Position numbers and translations under genes: made by a program
Shown: positions 1 to 18,969 of the stretch, piece by piece
Numbering within the stretch: the stretch's first letter is position 1
Layout: each line of letters begins with the position of its first letter
Notes under the pieces: model-generated
The model's database searches: none
Told to the model about the DNA's origin: nothing
The model's input: the letters and a program-made list of their open reading frames with translations, nothing else
NCBI GenBank assembly: GCA_964035545.1
Contig: OZ037765.1
Span: 5,404,698 to 5,468,697 of the forward strand
Length of the DNA: 64,000 nt
From: Bugula neritina
Lineage: Eukaryota; Animalia; Bryozoa
Reading direction: 5' to 3'

Positions 1-992
1 TTAGCTTAAATAACTTGAATGATTCATTATTTTTAGTATAATGTATTTTAACTGCAAATATAAGGCATCTGGTTTACTTTTAATTGTGCAATAGATGTTT
101 ACTAAAGTATTGGGTGTATAGCATTATATGCTTTATCTTGTGTCTGTTTTCAGCAACTACTGCTGCTATGGTATGATATTATAATTACTTTTTGACAATT
201 AGTTGAAAAGCGCATTTATTTTTGCTTAAAAAGGCTAAGCTTGTAATTGTGTCTATATAGGTGACCAAACATATTGCATTTTATATGATAGTATTTTCTC
301 CTCTCTTAATCATTTTTTCATTTCAAGGCATGTAATGGGAGAGAAGGGACTTTGTAAAGGAACTTCTTCCTGTCAATGGATAATCTTTTGCCTAAGAATT
401 CTTTATAGAAAGACCAACCACTGCATGCAGTTTTTTCAATGCAGCGGCTTATCTTTGAATGCTCTTTACTGCTTCCCACGCTTATCATTTTATAACAAAA
501 TAGTTATTAATTAGTCTCTAAATTTACCAGATTTGACAACATTTTTCTTTATATTTTCTAAAAATACACTCCTTTTTAATACCCTGTTTCATTCTCCAGA
601 CTCATTGTTCTATTTAAGCTGGCCCGTTGCACCTTTTTACTGTAAACTTATGTTTTTATAGTGCATTATAACATGCATATATTGTATAACATATATTATA
701 CATAATATATGTTATATAATATATGTATGTTATGCACTATTGACTATAGAACTAGAAGGAAAAAGAGGGAAAAGAAGGGAAAATATTTTACTTTCAATTT
801 AATGTTACTTAAGCTTTCTTATCCGAGAAAACATTTGACATTTCTTTGTAGCTTCGCTTTCTTGTCTGCAAGCTGTATATTAGCTAGCAAACCTTAATCT
901 ACTATAATTAAGACATGTTAAGTACTCTTGTACTAATGGCTAATGTAATATAGTTTCTATATGTTGTAGTATTGAGTACAGAATCATAACTA

Positions 993-3415
993 ATGGAATG
1001 TAGAAAAGGACCAATACCTATAGTAGCTCTACATCTTCAAATACAAGGTCAACAAGCAAAAGCCTTGCAAGAGGTGCTAGATAGATTAATTTCTACTTCA
1101 AGTGATCGCAGTTTGTTGATGAAATGTGATGGCCAAAAGCTATATTCTCATCCTACAGTAAGTTTATTACACAAAATGAGTGCTAAATCACCATTAGATA
1201 ACAGCATACATATACTATCACTATGCAAGCACAACACTCAAAAATTATAAAAAATATTATATTGGTTTGTATGCAACACTATGCATAAACATCAACAATA
1301 TTTTTGTGGTTTGCTCAGCAAATATTTCAATTTGAAAGTTCCTTAAAAATTGTTTAGTAGATAGAAAAGTCAACCCCCAGTGGTGTCTGTTTATAGCATT
1401 CAGTCTAACTTCTAACAAACTCTTTTAAGTTACATTTTTATAAATATAGCAACAATAAAAACATGTGGAAATAACTCCTAGTACAATTGTATCAGAGGCA
1501 CACACATTGCTTAGCTTGCCAAGAGCTAAGGCTAATAATTCCTGCATTTCTGCTAACTAAGACTACCTAAAATGCATTGCCGGATTGCTGTTAAAAGCAG
1601 TACATTTATTCCGTGGGGTTTCATTTTAGAATTTGAGCTTGAATATATAAGGTTTTGCTTGCTCACTAAGTTATCATGAGTTGAAGCGAGTAAAGCCACG
1701 CCTAAATTATTGTTCAATGAATGTTCAACTGTGGCATACATTCCCAAAAGGCATAATAGTGTATTAATAATTAAATAGTATATTGTTTATATGGTCATTT
1801 TAAATACTGCAATATAAAGTAGAATGTATAGAAGCATTCAAAGCAAAGTAGAAAGCAGAATTGTCATTTCACAATTATTTTAATATATTAGCATCATTGT
1901 AAAAAATGCAATAGATTTTTCTTGAAGAAATGTTTTGAAAATAAGTTAAATATATAATGAAATTTCCTGTTAATTACAGTTTAATTTACTTTGCATGCTT
2001 TACACATCAGCTTTGTATGCATTGTACAAGTTTACAGTATCAGTGTGAACTCAATGCTGCCTGTGGCAATATGATATTCAACTGTACTGACAATAGTCAA
2101 GGGTAAAAGCATTATGTGTTATAGTAATTGTATATATTACAAACCAGCTGAGAATGTTATCAATACCCATGTTGACTTGTTGACTCTTCAAGTTTAGATT
2201 GAACTCATTTTGGATAGTATAAGTTGCTAAGTAAAGTAGATTTCAAATTCAATTTTAAAAATGTGCTATTTTATATTAATAATGTATGTTTTCATAGGTT
2301 ATTTTTTGAAAACATACAAACACAGCATAATTAAAAGTTAAAATTTGAAATCTGCCTTTTACATCACTTACTCAGGATATTATGCTCTACAATATAAGTT
2401 TATTTTAAGCCCAAAGTATATATATATTTCCTCATATGCAATTACTATATAATTATATAAGTTTGTACTGTTTCAGAAAGACTATGAGCTGGTGAAGCAG
2501 CAGAGAATGTCTGAAGTGATGCCTCAAATGATTCTGACGCAGGCAATCTCTGTAATCTATTTCACACTTGACACAAATCCCGGTGCAATAAAGTCGCACT
2601 CTTATTCTGGATTGTTTGGTAAAGGTCCTTGGAAGTTTCATCACGTCACAGAACCAAGACAGACAGATTCGTGTCGATTCATTGCCCGTCAGGAATATTT
2701 CGAGATTTCACCAGAACTGCCTCTATTTTCAACAGCCACACGACATACAGGCACAAATATGTTTCGAGTTAATATATTCACAAAGAATTACTCAGAGATG
2801 ATAAACTTTTATAGTAGATTATTGGGTGCAGATGCAAGTTTAGTTCGAGAAAATTTTGCATATTTTACTTTTGACTATACGAAGGATTCAACACTAGAAC
2901 TCTCTCTCAAGAATGACAGCGGTGTGATGCCATATCCAATAAGTCAAACTGATTTATTGCTTACATTAAAAGAAATACCAGATCTGGAGGGAATCACCAA
3001 AATAACTGATGACATGTATCGAGTGCTTGATCCAGATGAAAACTCTGTATTTATTTCTCAAACTCCTTCGGATCATGAACTCTCTATACTGAGTACCCAA
3101 CCAGAGTCAAAACCTGTAGATATTTCAGATGATGATGGACTAAAAGCTAAGTGTGAATCAATTAGACCAGATGTAATACCAGAACAAGATCCTTTTAAGC
3201 ATCTATCTGATCCACAAGTAACAGAGTCGAGTAAAATGGTGACCTGCCCTACAAATGCCCAGCAGGATAGTAAGAACCCAGCTAAGTTGCCGAGGCGACT
3301 AATCATACATACCAATAATACTTCTTCAAAAGCTTCCAAACATGTAGACAAAGAAACCATAACTAAAACAGACGGTACAAGAAGGCATTCTGTTGATATA
3401 ATTGAAACATTTTAA
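993..3415 (+). CDS. FAM124: FAM124 family protein (2 coding exons: 993-1157, 2477-3415; ~367 aa)
   Basis: Exon 1 (VALHLQIQG..LQEVLDRLI) ends ACA|gtaagt; exon 2 starts tttcag|AAA, both phase 0. Motifs AISVIYF, GPWKFHH, ARQEYF, LPLF and NYSEMINFYSRLLG resemble FAM124A/B. In-frame TAA at 987-989 supports ATG 993. Confidence 0.8.
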
Positions 3416-4377
3416 TTGATTCTTTTAGTAGAAATACAACTTTATGAGTATTTTTTCCTTTATCTAGTCATTCCAAACATGCTAAGCAAGATTTTACAAA
3501 ATTAGTCTATTTTTCTGATATTAGCGCTTCATGTAAACCGTTATTTAGCTTTCATTATTAAATTTCTCTGTCTACATTTAGCATATTCACTTGTATTTGT
3601 AAATTATGAAGCCCTGTTAATATTCTACACGATTTATGCTTAAATAGCATGTACTCACTTATAGAAATATTTACATATTGCAAATACTAACACAGATATA
3701 TTTTTAAGAATAATTATTAGCATTATTAACAAAAGGATGTTATGATTTGCATAGAATTATACTGTGATGAATATTCAAAGTATTGTTTAAGGGTTAACCA
3801 TAAGGCTTTACACACATTTTGCTAGGTTTCAGCTGCTTTCATATGTTGAAATTTGTTACGAAAAAATGAGTATGACATCAAGCAAATTCGGATGGTGAAA
3901 TTTCTTAGTTGGTTAAAGTGTTATTTCAATCTGAATTCTTTAAAAATCAACTACCTAAAATTTCAACATTTATCACTTTTTTAAAATTGAAGTAAAATGA
4001 ATATGAAAAAGAAACTGCGTTGATAGATACATCATAGTTGCAAAAATTCCATAAAACTAATTTGGAATAGCACAAATATCTAGAAGACATCCAAAAGTTA
4101 ACTTTTACACTAGTGGGGTTCTTAGCTATATTGTTTGCTTGAAGCAATAAACATAACACCTATGTTTACTTTCAAGCTCCAATAGGCATGCATCAGGCTT
4201 GTATATTGTACATCTCACTAGGATATTAAAATTAAGAAAAACAAACTTTAGTTCATCAACTACTTTTCATATTCAGAACAACTTTATTTATATGCAGCAT
4301 CAACAGGTATATTCAACTGATAGTTTCAATATTGTTTTATTGTTGAAATCTTGAAAAAAAATTCATTTGACGTAAAA

Positions 4378-9967
<5,590 letters not shown>

Positions 9968-11483
9968 GCTGACTGCTTCCTCCACTGCTGCAAGTGAAAT
10001 GCTTTTACCGAGTCACACACTGTCACTTTATTTAGTCTCCCAAACATCTTTTCCAAGTATCATAATTGGGATAAAAGTTACAATGTTGCAACTGTTTCTA
10101 CCTTGATAGTTGTATTTTAAGTGAAGAACTTAGGCTAAATATGCAGATCAGACATGACGTAATCTATGCCATCTGTCCTTTCTCAAAGGGCGTTAATTAA
10201 GACTTGCATAGTATAGTATGACTTGACAGAATAGTTACTTTATGTAACCGGTCCACTTATTACACCTAGCTAAAATATTTTTGTTAAAAAGACTCCTCGG
10301 CACCTTTGAGATATAATTATTATGATAGTTGCTCTATGTATAATCAGAAGTTTTGTATGAAGCTATATCTAATAACAATTACGTTGTTTAATAAAAGACC
10401 CTAGCACAGAAGCTAATAGCAGTTCCACATAGCTTTCATTTCTTTTGTATGTTCCTACTATAAGATCATTGGTACACTCAGACACCATCCACAGAAAACA
10501 CAACTATGCCATGTCTTGTTAATTCTCACTGAATCCTTTTATGGGTCCTTGCCAGGACATTTTTATTGTCTGTGGAAAAGTTATCTCCTATCTATCTAGT
10601 ATTAGACCAATTTTTAGTATTATGACTGTCACTCAGAATTCAAACAAGCATGGCTGCCTAGTGCAACTAACTCCTGTCTATACAATGACTCATCAATTGC
10701 GTGAGTCATTCTGCTCTGAAGTAATGACTTGTTTATTCAAATGATACTAATATGTATATTAGTTGCAATTATATTTTGTTTACCACTCTACAACAATATT
10801 CATAATCACATTGAGTTCTCATGATGCACATTCTTCTCCTAAGAGAGATTTTCTAACTTCGGAGTTTAGGAAAGTTATGAATAAAGTGTGACACTCCTGT
10901 GTTTTAGATGAGAATTCTAATATTGGAGGTTGGAGAATTAATTAGCAACCATTCAATCTAATTATATCTTTAAGCTTGTCATTCATGAAACATATCAATT
11001 CTAGGCCACATTTGGTGGCCATTTTCTCAACCATTTTTCTCCAGTAGCCTGATTCTCTGCTAGCTGTGATGCTGAGCATAGATATGACCTTGTAGAGAAG
11101 ATAATTCTTGTAATGCACATAATAAGTATTCTGCCAATTTGAAAGCAGCTAAATCAATATATAACTAACTGGGCTTTGAAGACTATAACAAGATATTATA
11201 TGCATGCAACTACCAACCTTCTCCTATAACATAAACCTGTTATCAACATTTTAATTATTAGACATCTTAAAATATCGGCTGAGAATTGACATGTGTGGAG
11301 TGAGTGTAGCTCAAAAATATTTAGCGTATGTTTTTAGCACCACAAAGTATGTTGGCTGGTGAAATACAGCACCCAAACAGCTGCTTTACTTAACATTAAA
11401 AAGTGCTAAATTAGCATCTCATGTTTCCACTACAATTATGAGCTAGATACAGCCTTTACTTTGTATTTCGTGTATATTTCATC
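9968..11483. promoter_or_regulatory. Divergent (bidirectional) intergenic region between genes A and B
   Basis: Start codons at 9967(-) and 11484(+). TGACTCA (10686-10692) and TGAGTCA (10702-10708) and a 51 bp block (10805-10855) are conserved in the duplicate copy. Confidence 0.55.
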
Positions 11484-14400
11484 ATGCTGCACTTACTAGG
11501 TCTGCTTCTGTAAGTTTTCTTCATACTCATACATTTGCATAGAAATGCTTGACTATGAAATGCAATATAACTTTTACTGCCATTCAATAATTTTTAAACT
11601 TACATTTCAAGCTATACATTTTATACTGACAGTTTGCAGCTTATAACCAGTGGTGTACAGAGTGCTAATATCCAAGTTCATCTTTCATCTTTACAGCCTC
11701 AGGGACTAAGGTTTGAAGTAGATGGTAAATATTGTCGACCATAAAAAATATTTTTTTATTACTGCGTGGTTGCAAATTTTTTAAAACCTATCTTTGTTTT
11801 GAGTGCTTTATAATGGCAAACTTTTTAAACAAAGTTTAAACTATTAGCTGCTAATAATTGACTTTAAAATAATGTCTTTGCCAAAGAATAGTGCCAGGAT
11901 AATGATGTCTTAAATTGGCTTCCCATTTCATAGAGAAAATGCTGATAATGGCTGTTGGTACTTTATGGCCGCTTGTAAAAAAAAGAGATTGAACTGTCTC
12001 AGACAGTTTAATTAAAATTATTAACTGTTTTCAAATTTCTATTTCACACTTTCCGCAAAAATTCTTTCCTTCGCTTTTTAGGCTGCGATTTAGCTGAACA
12101 TTTAGAAAGTTTTACTATTTTATCAGCTACACTACATAATATATAAAAGACTACACACAGTTATGTGATATTTCTTTAGATATAGAAGGCACTACCTTGG
12201 CAGCAGTGCACTACAGTATAAATGAAGAATTTCTCTACCCTCAGCCAGGAAAATGGAACTATGACATTACTAAAAAGACTGGTAATATGCTATTTCAGTG
12301 TGAATGGCTTTTTCATATCTGCATTTTTAAATGTTTTTTTGTGATGTTCAAAAATCAAAACTAACTAAACAATTAGGAAAAACATAGGAAATCATGCAAA
12401 ATTAAAAAGAACCTTGATTAATTAGTTGTATTTTTTAATTTTTTTGTTAGTTCAGAGCAAAAACCCATATACATTAGCAGCTAAATTGTGAGAATAGCTA
12501 AAAGCTGAAAATTTCGAGTGTGTACTAAATTATGTAAAATGACCCACAAGTTTTTAGTTTATCCATAGACTATAAAACATTTATTTAATGGTAGCTGTCA
12601 GCAGCCAGAATAGATTTGGTGTATCTTTAACTATGAGTCACATACCGCAGGAAACAAATGGGTTCATGAAAACAGCCGAGTTAAACTGAGACAAGGAGAT
12701 GTGGTGTACTACTGGGCCTACATGATAATACATGGACTAGGAAGGCCTCTTCCAGTTCAAAAGTAATACCAGTTTACTTATTTAAAGCAAATATCTCGCA
12801 AAGCTTTTACAATTTTATTGGCAATTATTTGAGAAATGCGTAAGATTGACCAGGAAGTTCATAGTAAAACAGCATCTCTGAGTAAATGTGTTACTATAAA
12901 GCTGATGTAGTTTTTATTTTGAGCTTATATTTTTTGAGCTGAAGTGCTAGTTGACAATGCAAAATTTTCAAACTACAAGTGAATATCAAATAATTATAGA
13001 AACTTTCAAAAATATAAATCTGCACATAAGCTGTCTTATTTCAAAAGCTAAATAAAAACTTAATTGCATTTTTTGTCTACTATATAAACATTTTATTGTA
13101 AGCTAATCAGTGCTGATAGACAGTAGAGAATATTGGTACCATTTCAGATGGGTTGTGAATGACCAAGACTCGGTTGTGCCAAGTGTCCTACCAACTGTCA
13201 CAACACAGGGCGTCACCAAGTCCCACCCTTCTACTACTCGACCCATTTCTCTCTCTCAACCTACCTTTGGCAAGGACAGCAGGCTAGCTGGAGCCGACCT
13301 AAAGCTTGTTCTTGATGAAAACTTTGATGGTCCACTGAATACCAACAACTGGAACCAGGAAGTGACTCTCTGGGGAGGTGGTGTAAGTGGGTGTGCAGAT
13401 AGCGTATGTGTTGGGGCCTAAAATACAGGAAATCAGTGCTTAAAATACTGTCTGAAACAGAGGTGTGTTCAGAAGGAATGGTATCTATGCATACAGATAT
13501 ATATAGGAGAGACCAAAATTACAGTAACTCATTCCTCCAGCCAAGAATAATCTTAAAGCTTCTTCAATTATTTTGTAAAAAAATTGTTGAAACACATTTT
13601 TGTATTGAAGCACAGGCTTTAAAGATGTTCCCAGGCTTACATCATATTTGCAGCAGCTTCTACGTTATAAAATATTAAGATAAGCACAGAACATAATATA
13701 ACATGCAAATTTAATTTATGTTTTAATTTGTTATTTATATAGAATTGGGAATTTCAAGCCTATACCAACTTACCTGACAATACATTTACTAAAGATGGGC
13801 TACTTCATATTAAACCTGTAAGTCTTGCCTTACAACATACCCTGTTATAATAAACAGAGCATAAAAGTGAAAAATAATTTGTATATATAATATTATTTTA
13901 TTCAAACATTAGACACTCACAGCTGACAAGTATGGCGAGAGTTTTCTGACATCAGGACGATGGGATATTAAACGTAAGTTTGTACAGACCCATACGAAAT
14001 TAGGAGTAATAGTTATGCAAGTTATTATGGTGTAATGGCTATGATGTGAAAGAAAGATAGCAACACCCAAATATTAGTCTGTCCTTACAACCTGTAGCAG
14101 CTAAATTTCTTTTTAAAGATGTGCTATATAAACAAATATGTACAACTGTCAGTTTATGTGGATGTCCTTGTAGAGGTTTTCATACTTCTTTGAACTCAAA
14201 TCAGGCAACTCAAAGCACAATATGACGCACCATTAAATACACTCAAAGTACTTTGTGCCACACTATAACCAACATATGATGCAACTACATGATTATTATT
14301 ATTTTGCAATGAAATATCATGCAGTAATTGAATTAGCAAATTAAATTAAATCAGTCCATTGAAGTTATAATTAATATTGTTGTTATTATTAAAATATTAT

Positions 14401-17359
14401 GATTTCAGTTGGTTAATGTGTCTTATAGTGTTGGTTCAAGTGCAAAATGGCAGAAATAAAAAGATTTGTTATAAATGTGTTAGCTCTAAAATATGTTTCA
14501 ACGAGTTGTAAAAACTAATTTATTGAAACAATATTTCACTAATGAATAATGAATTAATTTTATCAACTTTTTAAACGAATTTTACTCTTACTATAGTAAG
14601 ACATATGAACTATATAATTATTATTATTGTGCAATAAAATGTCATGCAGTGAATGAATTAGCAAATCAAATTTGAAATTGGTTCATTGAAATTATAATTA
14701 ATATTTAGATTACAATTGATCAATTATGTCTTATAGTGTTGGTTCGAGTGCAAAGTGGCAGGAATAAAAAGATTCGTTAAAATATTATAAGTTTAAAATA
14801 TGTTTCAAAGAGCTGTAAAAAGACCAATTTAAAAAAGGAATACTTTACTAATGAATAATGAATTAATTTTATCAGTTTTTAAATGAGTTTTATATTTATC
14901 ATAGTAAGACATATGCGTATCTTATAGAAATGTATGGCATTTGCACTCAAGCCTCAAGTTATGGTTGTCTAAGAGAAGGTAAGAATGGTGTACTCAACCC
15001 AGTTATGTCTGGAAGATTGATGTCTAAAGCAACTATCAAGTATGGCATGGTTGAAATAGTTGCTAAACTTCCTAGAGGTGATTGGCTTTGGCCTGGTGAG
15101 TGATAGTACTAATACAGTCTTCAGTTTCATTGTTGATTATAAATCTCAGAATTCACTATCCCAAGTGTTGCTGAGAGAAACTGCTACCTGGAAAAGCATT
15201 ATTTGATCCATTTCAATTACTAGGTTTCCAAGCTTCTCATTATGTGAATGAATTTTTCATTCACTGTTTAGAGCCAGTTGCATGGAATAAAACCACAACC
15301 ATAGGTTTATGCAATAAATAAAATAATTAATTAATCAATCAATGCAAACCACAACCACAGACTCATTGTAGTAGCATCCATTTGCATAATGTGAAGTAAT
15401 GGAAACTCAAACAATAATTATTTGGCTGAAGTATTGGTTTAATCTATTCTTGTTTCTTTCCAAATACAATATCCATACCACTGTTATACTTAAACATGTA
15501 CTATTCCCAGCTTTGTGGATGTACCCAAAGTCTCACACATATGGTGGCTGGCCAAGATCTGGAGAAATAGACATCATGGAGAGCCGAGGAAACCAGCACT
15601 ACGGACATCTGGGCGTAGAATACATGGGAACCACTCTGCACTGGGGGACTCAGTATGTCAACAAATATGGCATGACTACAAAGGAAACCAAAGCCAAACA
15701 AAACTCATTTGCTGATGGCTTTCACAAATATACATTTCACTGGGATCAAACTGGAATGGAGTGAGAATTTCACAGATTATATTACTTTTAATAGCATATA
15801 TGTAAAAGCAATTAAAATATTTGTAACAGTATTATTTTTGTGTAATTTTTGTAAGCAGGTATATTATTAATTCATTACATTAAATTTAAACTAAGAATTT
15901 AGCTAAATATATTTAATATGTATTAAAAGAAAACGGAAATATACAGGTTATGAAAGAGTTGGTATCAAGTTAAAAATTAGATCATCTTAAAGGCTATAAA
16001 TAGAATATTTTCCAAACTGGAAATAGTTAAATATAATTACTGTTTAAGGAAAAAGAAAAGCAAACTGGTTGTAAAACATTGAAGTATCTTTTGAAGAGTT
16101 TATAAATAAAATTATGTTTACCACTTTACAGCTTTTTTGTTGACGATGAAAAGATTGTGACATTTGATACTCCAAATCAGGGATTCTTCAGATGGGGAAA
16201 CCTTCCAGGAAAAAACATCTGGGCTCATGCTAACAACGCTCCTTTTGATCATGAGGTAAGGACTCAACACGCATGCTTCCCTATTTTAACATATACATTG
16301 TAATAACATATCTAATGTGCAGCTGCTTGTAAAGTTAGCTGCCACCAGATCTGTTGCTTTCACTGTGAGTAGTTAGGAACATAGATATATATATAGATTA
16401 TGGTTATATATAAAAAACGATAAACTTCCTATTTTTCCATTAGTTTGATAGTCTTTTAAGCATTTTCATTAAAATAGAAGACATAATGTAAATACTCAAA
16501 AGTTGAGTCAATTTTACAAAATTGACTCAATTTCTGAACATTTACCTTTGTTCTTCTGTTTAAATTTGCTGGCTCAATTTTTTTGACTTTTCACATATAC
16601 AATTTTAATTTTACTGTTTTATAATCTACACATGTAATTAAAACTATAGTAAATTAAAATTTAAGATTATGCTACCACAACTATTTTTCTATAATATATA
16701 TTGCATACATATACTATACATGGCAAGTAATTGATTAGCATAGGTTATTAAATTATTGTCTTCCCCATTACATTAGTTTTGTAGTATGTAAACATTGTAG
16801 CCTGACATGCAATGCTAAAATTACTATTATCAAAAATTCAACCATGTCTATGTATTAAATATACAATTTTATACACTGGAAGTATAGAGAAAGTATAAAA
16901 TTGCTTATTTTTCATCAGCAAAACTTTAAGCTAAAAACTACACTGGAAAGCTTTTTTCTAATTTAATAGGGCAATATAGGCTTTAATTGTTAAATTAAAG
17001 TTGCAAATAAAAAAAATAATTGAACTATGCATATCTCTGTAGCAGGTTACTCAAGTATATATAATCATCAAACTAGTTTTTGCGTTATACAAACAGCATG
17101 GGTAGAAAATGTGAATCTCTAACTTACCATGGAATGAATACCCTTTCAGTTTTATCTCATAATGAATCTGGCTGTGGGAGGAACTAATGGTTTCTTCCCT
17201 GATGGTGTGTCTAATGGTGGATATGCTAAACCTTGGAAGAACACGGACAGCAATGGACCAGAAAAGTTCTGGAAGGCCAAGAACTTGTGGTACCCCACCT
17301 GGAAAGGAGATGATGCAACTTTTCAAATAGACAGCGTAAGAATGTGGCAGCTGCAATAG
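11484..17359 (+). CDS. Gene B: secreted beta-1,3-glucanase / beta-glucan recognition protein (signal peptide + CBM39 + Thr/Ser linker + GH16), 11 exons, 484 aa
   Basis: Exons 11484-11509, 11633-11724, 12180-12281, 12651-12762, 13148-13382, 13743-13817, 13913-13973, 14928-15095, 15511-15760, 16132-16255, 17150-17359; 1455 nt in frame, same intron phases as gene A; catalytic [14 protein letters not shown] intact. Confidence 0.92.
14295..14915. repeat. ~310 bp imperfect tandem duplication in intron 7 of gene B
   Basis: Blocks such as tcatgcagt..gaattagcaaat, tgtcttatagtgttggttc and atagtaagacatatg occur twice, about 320 bp apart. Confidence 0.85.
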
Positions 17360-17627
17360 CACCAATCATTTGCAGCATGTAGTAATGATACATGTTTACT
17401 GTGTGTAACTAAATTTAGTATAATAAACTATTTATAGGCTGGTTGGCTTTTCAATTTCTGGAGTTGTCATTGTGCAATATAGTTAAAATGGCTACTAGAG
17501 CTATATATATCTGGCTATTTCTTAAAAAATATGTGTAAGGCATTGAGTTACATAAAAAAAATTAAAGCTATAAAATTTACACACAAAATATATTATAATT
17601 CATCAAATCAAGCCACTGAGACTGAGA

Positions 17628-17910
17628 CAAGTTACAAAGTCGAGTAAAATGGTGACCTGCCCTACAAATGTCCAGCAGCATGATCAGAACCCAGCTAAGT
17701 TGCTGAGGCGACTAATTATACATACCAACAGTGCTTCTTCAAAAGCTTCCAAACATGTAGACAAAGAAACCATAACTAAAACAGACGGCACAAGAAGGTA
17801 TTTGAAAACAATTTTGCCCCCCCCCCCAGTCGTCTGGCTTGAAAGCAAGTGTGCTACCATTACACCACGGGAGCCTACAGCATTCTGTTGATATAGTCAC
17901 AACATTTTAA
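17628..17910 (+). pseudogene. Duplicated 3' fragment of FAM124 last exon, interrupted by an ~82 bp insert
   Basis: MVTCPTNVQQHDQNPAKLLRRLIIHTN..TDGTRR matches 3236-3385; no 5' part of the gene is present; insertion at 17799-17880. Confidence 0.9.
17799..17880 (-). mobile_element. Short insert containing a tRNA-derived (SINE-head-like) fragment
   Basis: Absent from the parental FAM124 exon; reverse strand reads ggctcccgTGGTGTAATGGtagcacacttgctttcaagc, a Pol III box A-like tRNA 5' half. Confidence 0.6.
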
Positions 17911-18969
17911 TTAATTTTTTAGTAGAAATACAACTTTATGAGTATTTTTCTCTTTATCTAGTCATTCCACACATGCTAAGCAAAACTTTACAAAATTAGT
18001 TTATTTTTTGGTATTAGTGCTTCACATAAACTGTGATTCAACTTTTATTACTAAATTTCTCTGCCCATTTAGTATACGTATTCACTTGTATAATTTATAA
18101 CTTATAAAGCACTGTTAATATCCTACGCGGTTTATGCTTATATTAGTAAATAATATGTACTCACTTATTGCAATATTCATATATTGACTGTACTAACACA
18201 GCTATATTTTTAAGAATGATTATAAACATTATTAGTAAGAGGATGTTACTGTGTGCATAGCATTGTTTTGTGATAAATGTGATAAATATTCAAAATTCCA
18301 TCTAAGCTTTATACCAGCACTTGGAAGGTTTCAGCTGCTTTCATATGTTGAAACTTGTTAGCAAAATATAAGAACTATAGTATTAAGCAAATTCGGATGG
18401 TGAAATTTCTTAGTTGGTTAATGTGTTATTTCAACTTAAATTAATTAAAGATTAACAATTACCTTAAATTGCAACATTTACCAACTTTTTTAAAATAGAA
18501 ACAAATTGAATATGAAAAAAGAAACTTTGTTGATAGAAACAGCAGAGTTGCAGCAATTCCATAAAACTAATTTGGAATAGCACAAGTATCTATAAAATAC
18601 ATCCAAAAATTAACTTGTACATTGATGGGTTTTTAGCTATTTCCACTGAGCTCTGATTAATGTGGTGGGTATTGGTGGTGAATTGTCATACTTTTGTATT
18701 ATATTGTTTGTTTGAAGCAAAAACGTGACACCTATGTTTACTTTCAAGCTAGAATAGGCATGCATAAAGCTTGTATATTATGGATGTCACTAGGAGATCC
18801 AAACTAAGAAACACAAAGAAATAAACAAATAAATTATTATTGCACAAACTTTCATAATCAATTTATTTTTCAGAATTAGAACAAATTTATTTTTTTATGC
18901 AGCATCAAATATATTCAACTGACAGTCTCAATATTATTTTAATGTTGAAATTTGGAAAAAAACGTAAAA

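Noticed and set aside
3073-3360. Antisense ORFs over real exons (also 5621-5818, 15501-15701, 17051-17365, 54526-54870, 57179-57388)
   Set aside because: Shadows of coding exons on the other strand or frame; no motifs of their own.
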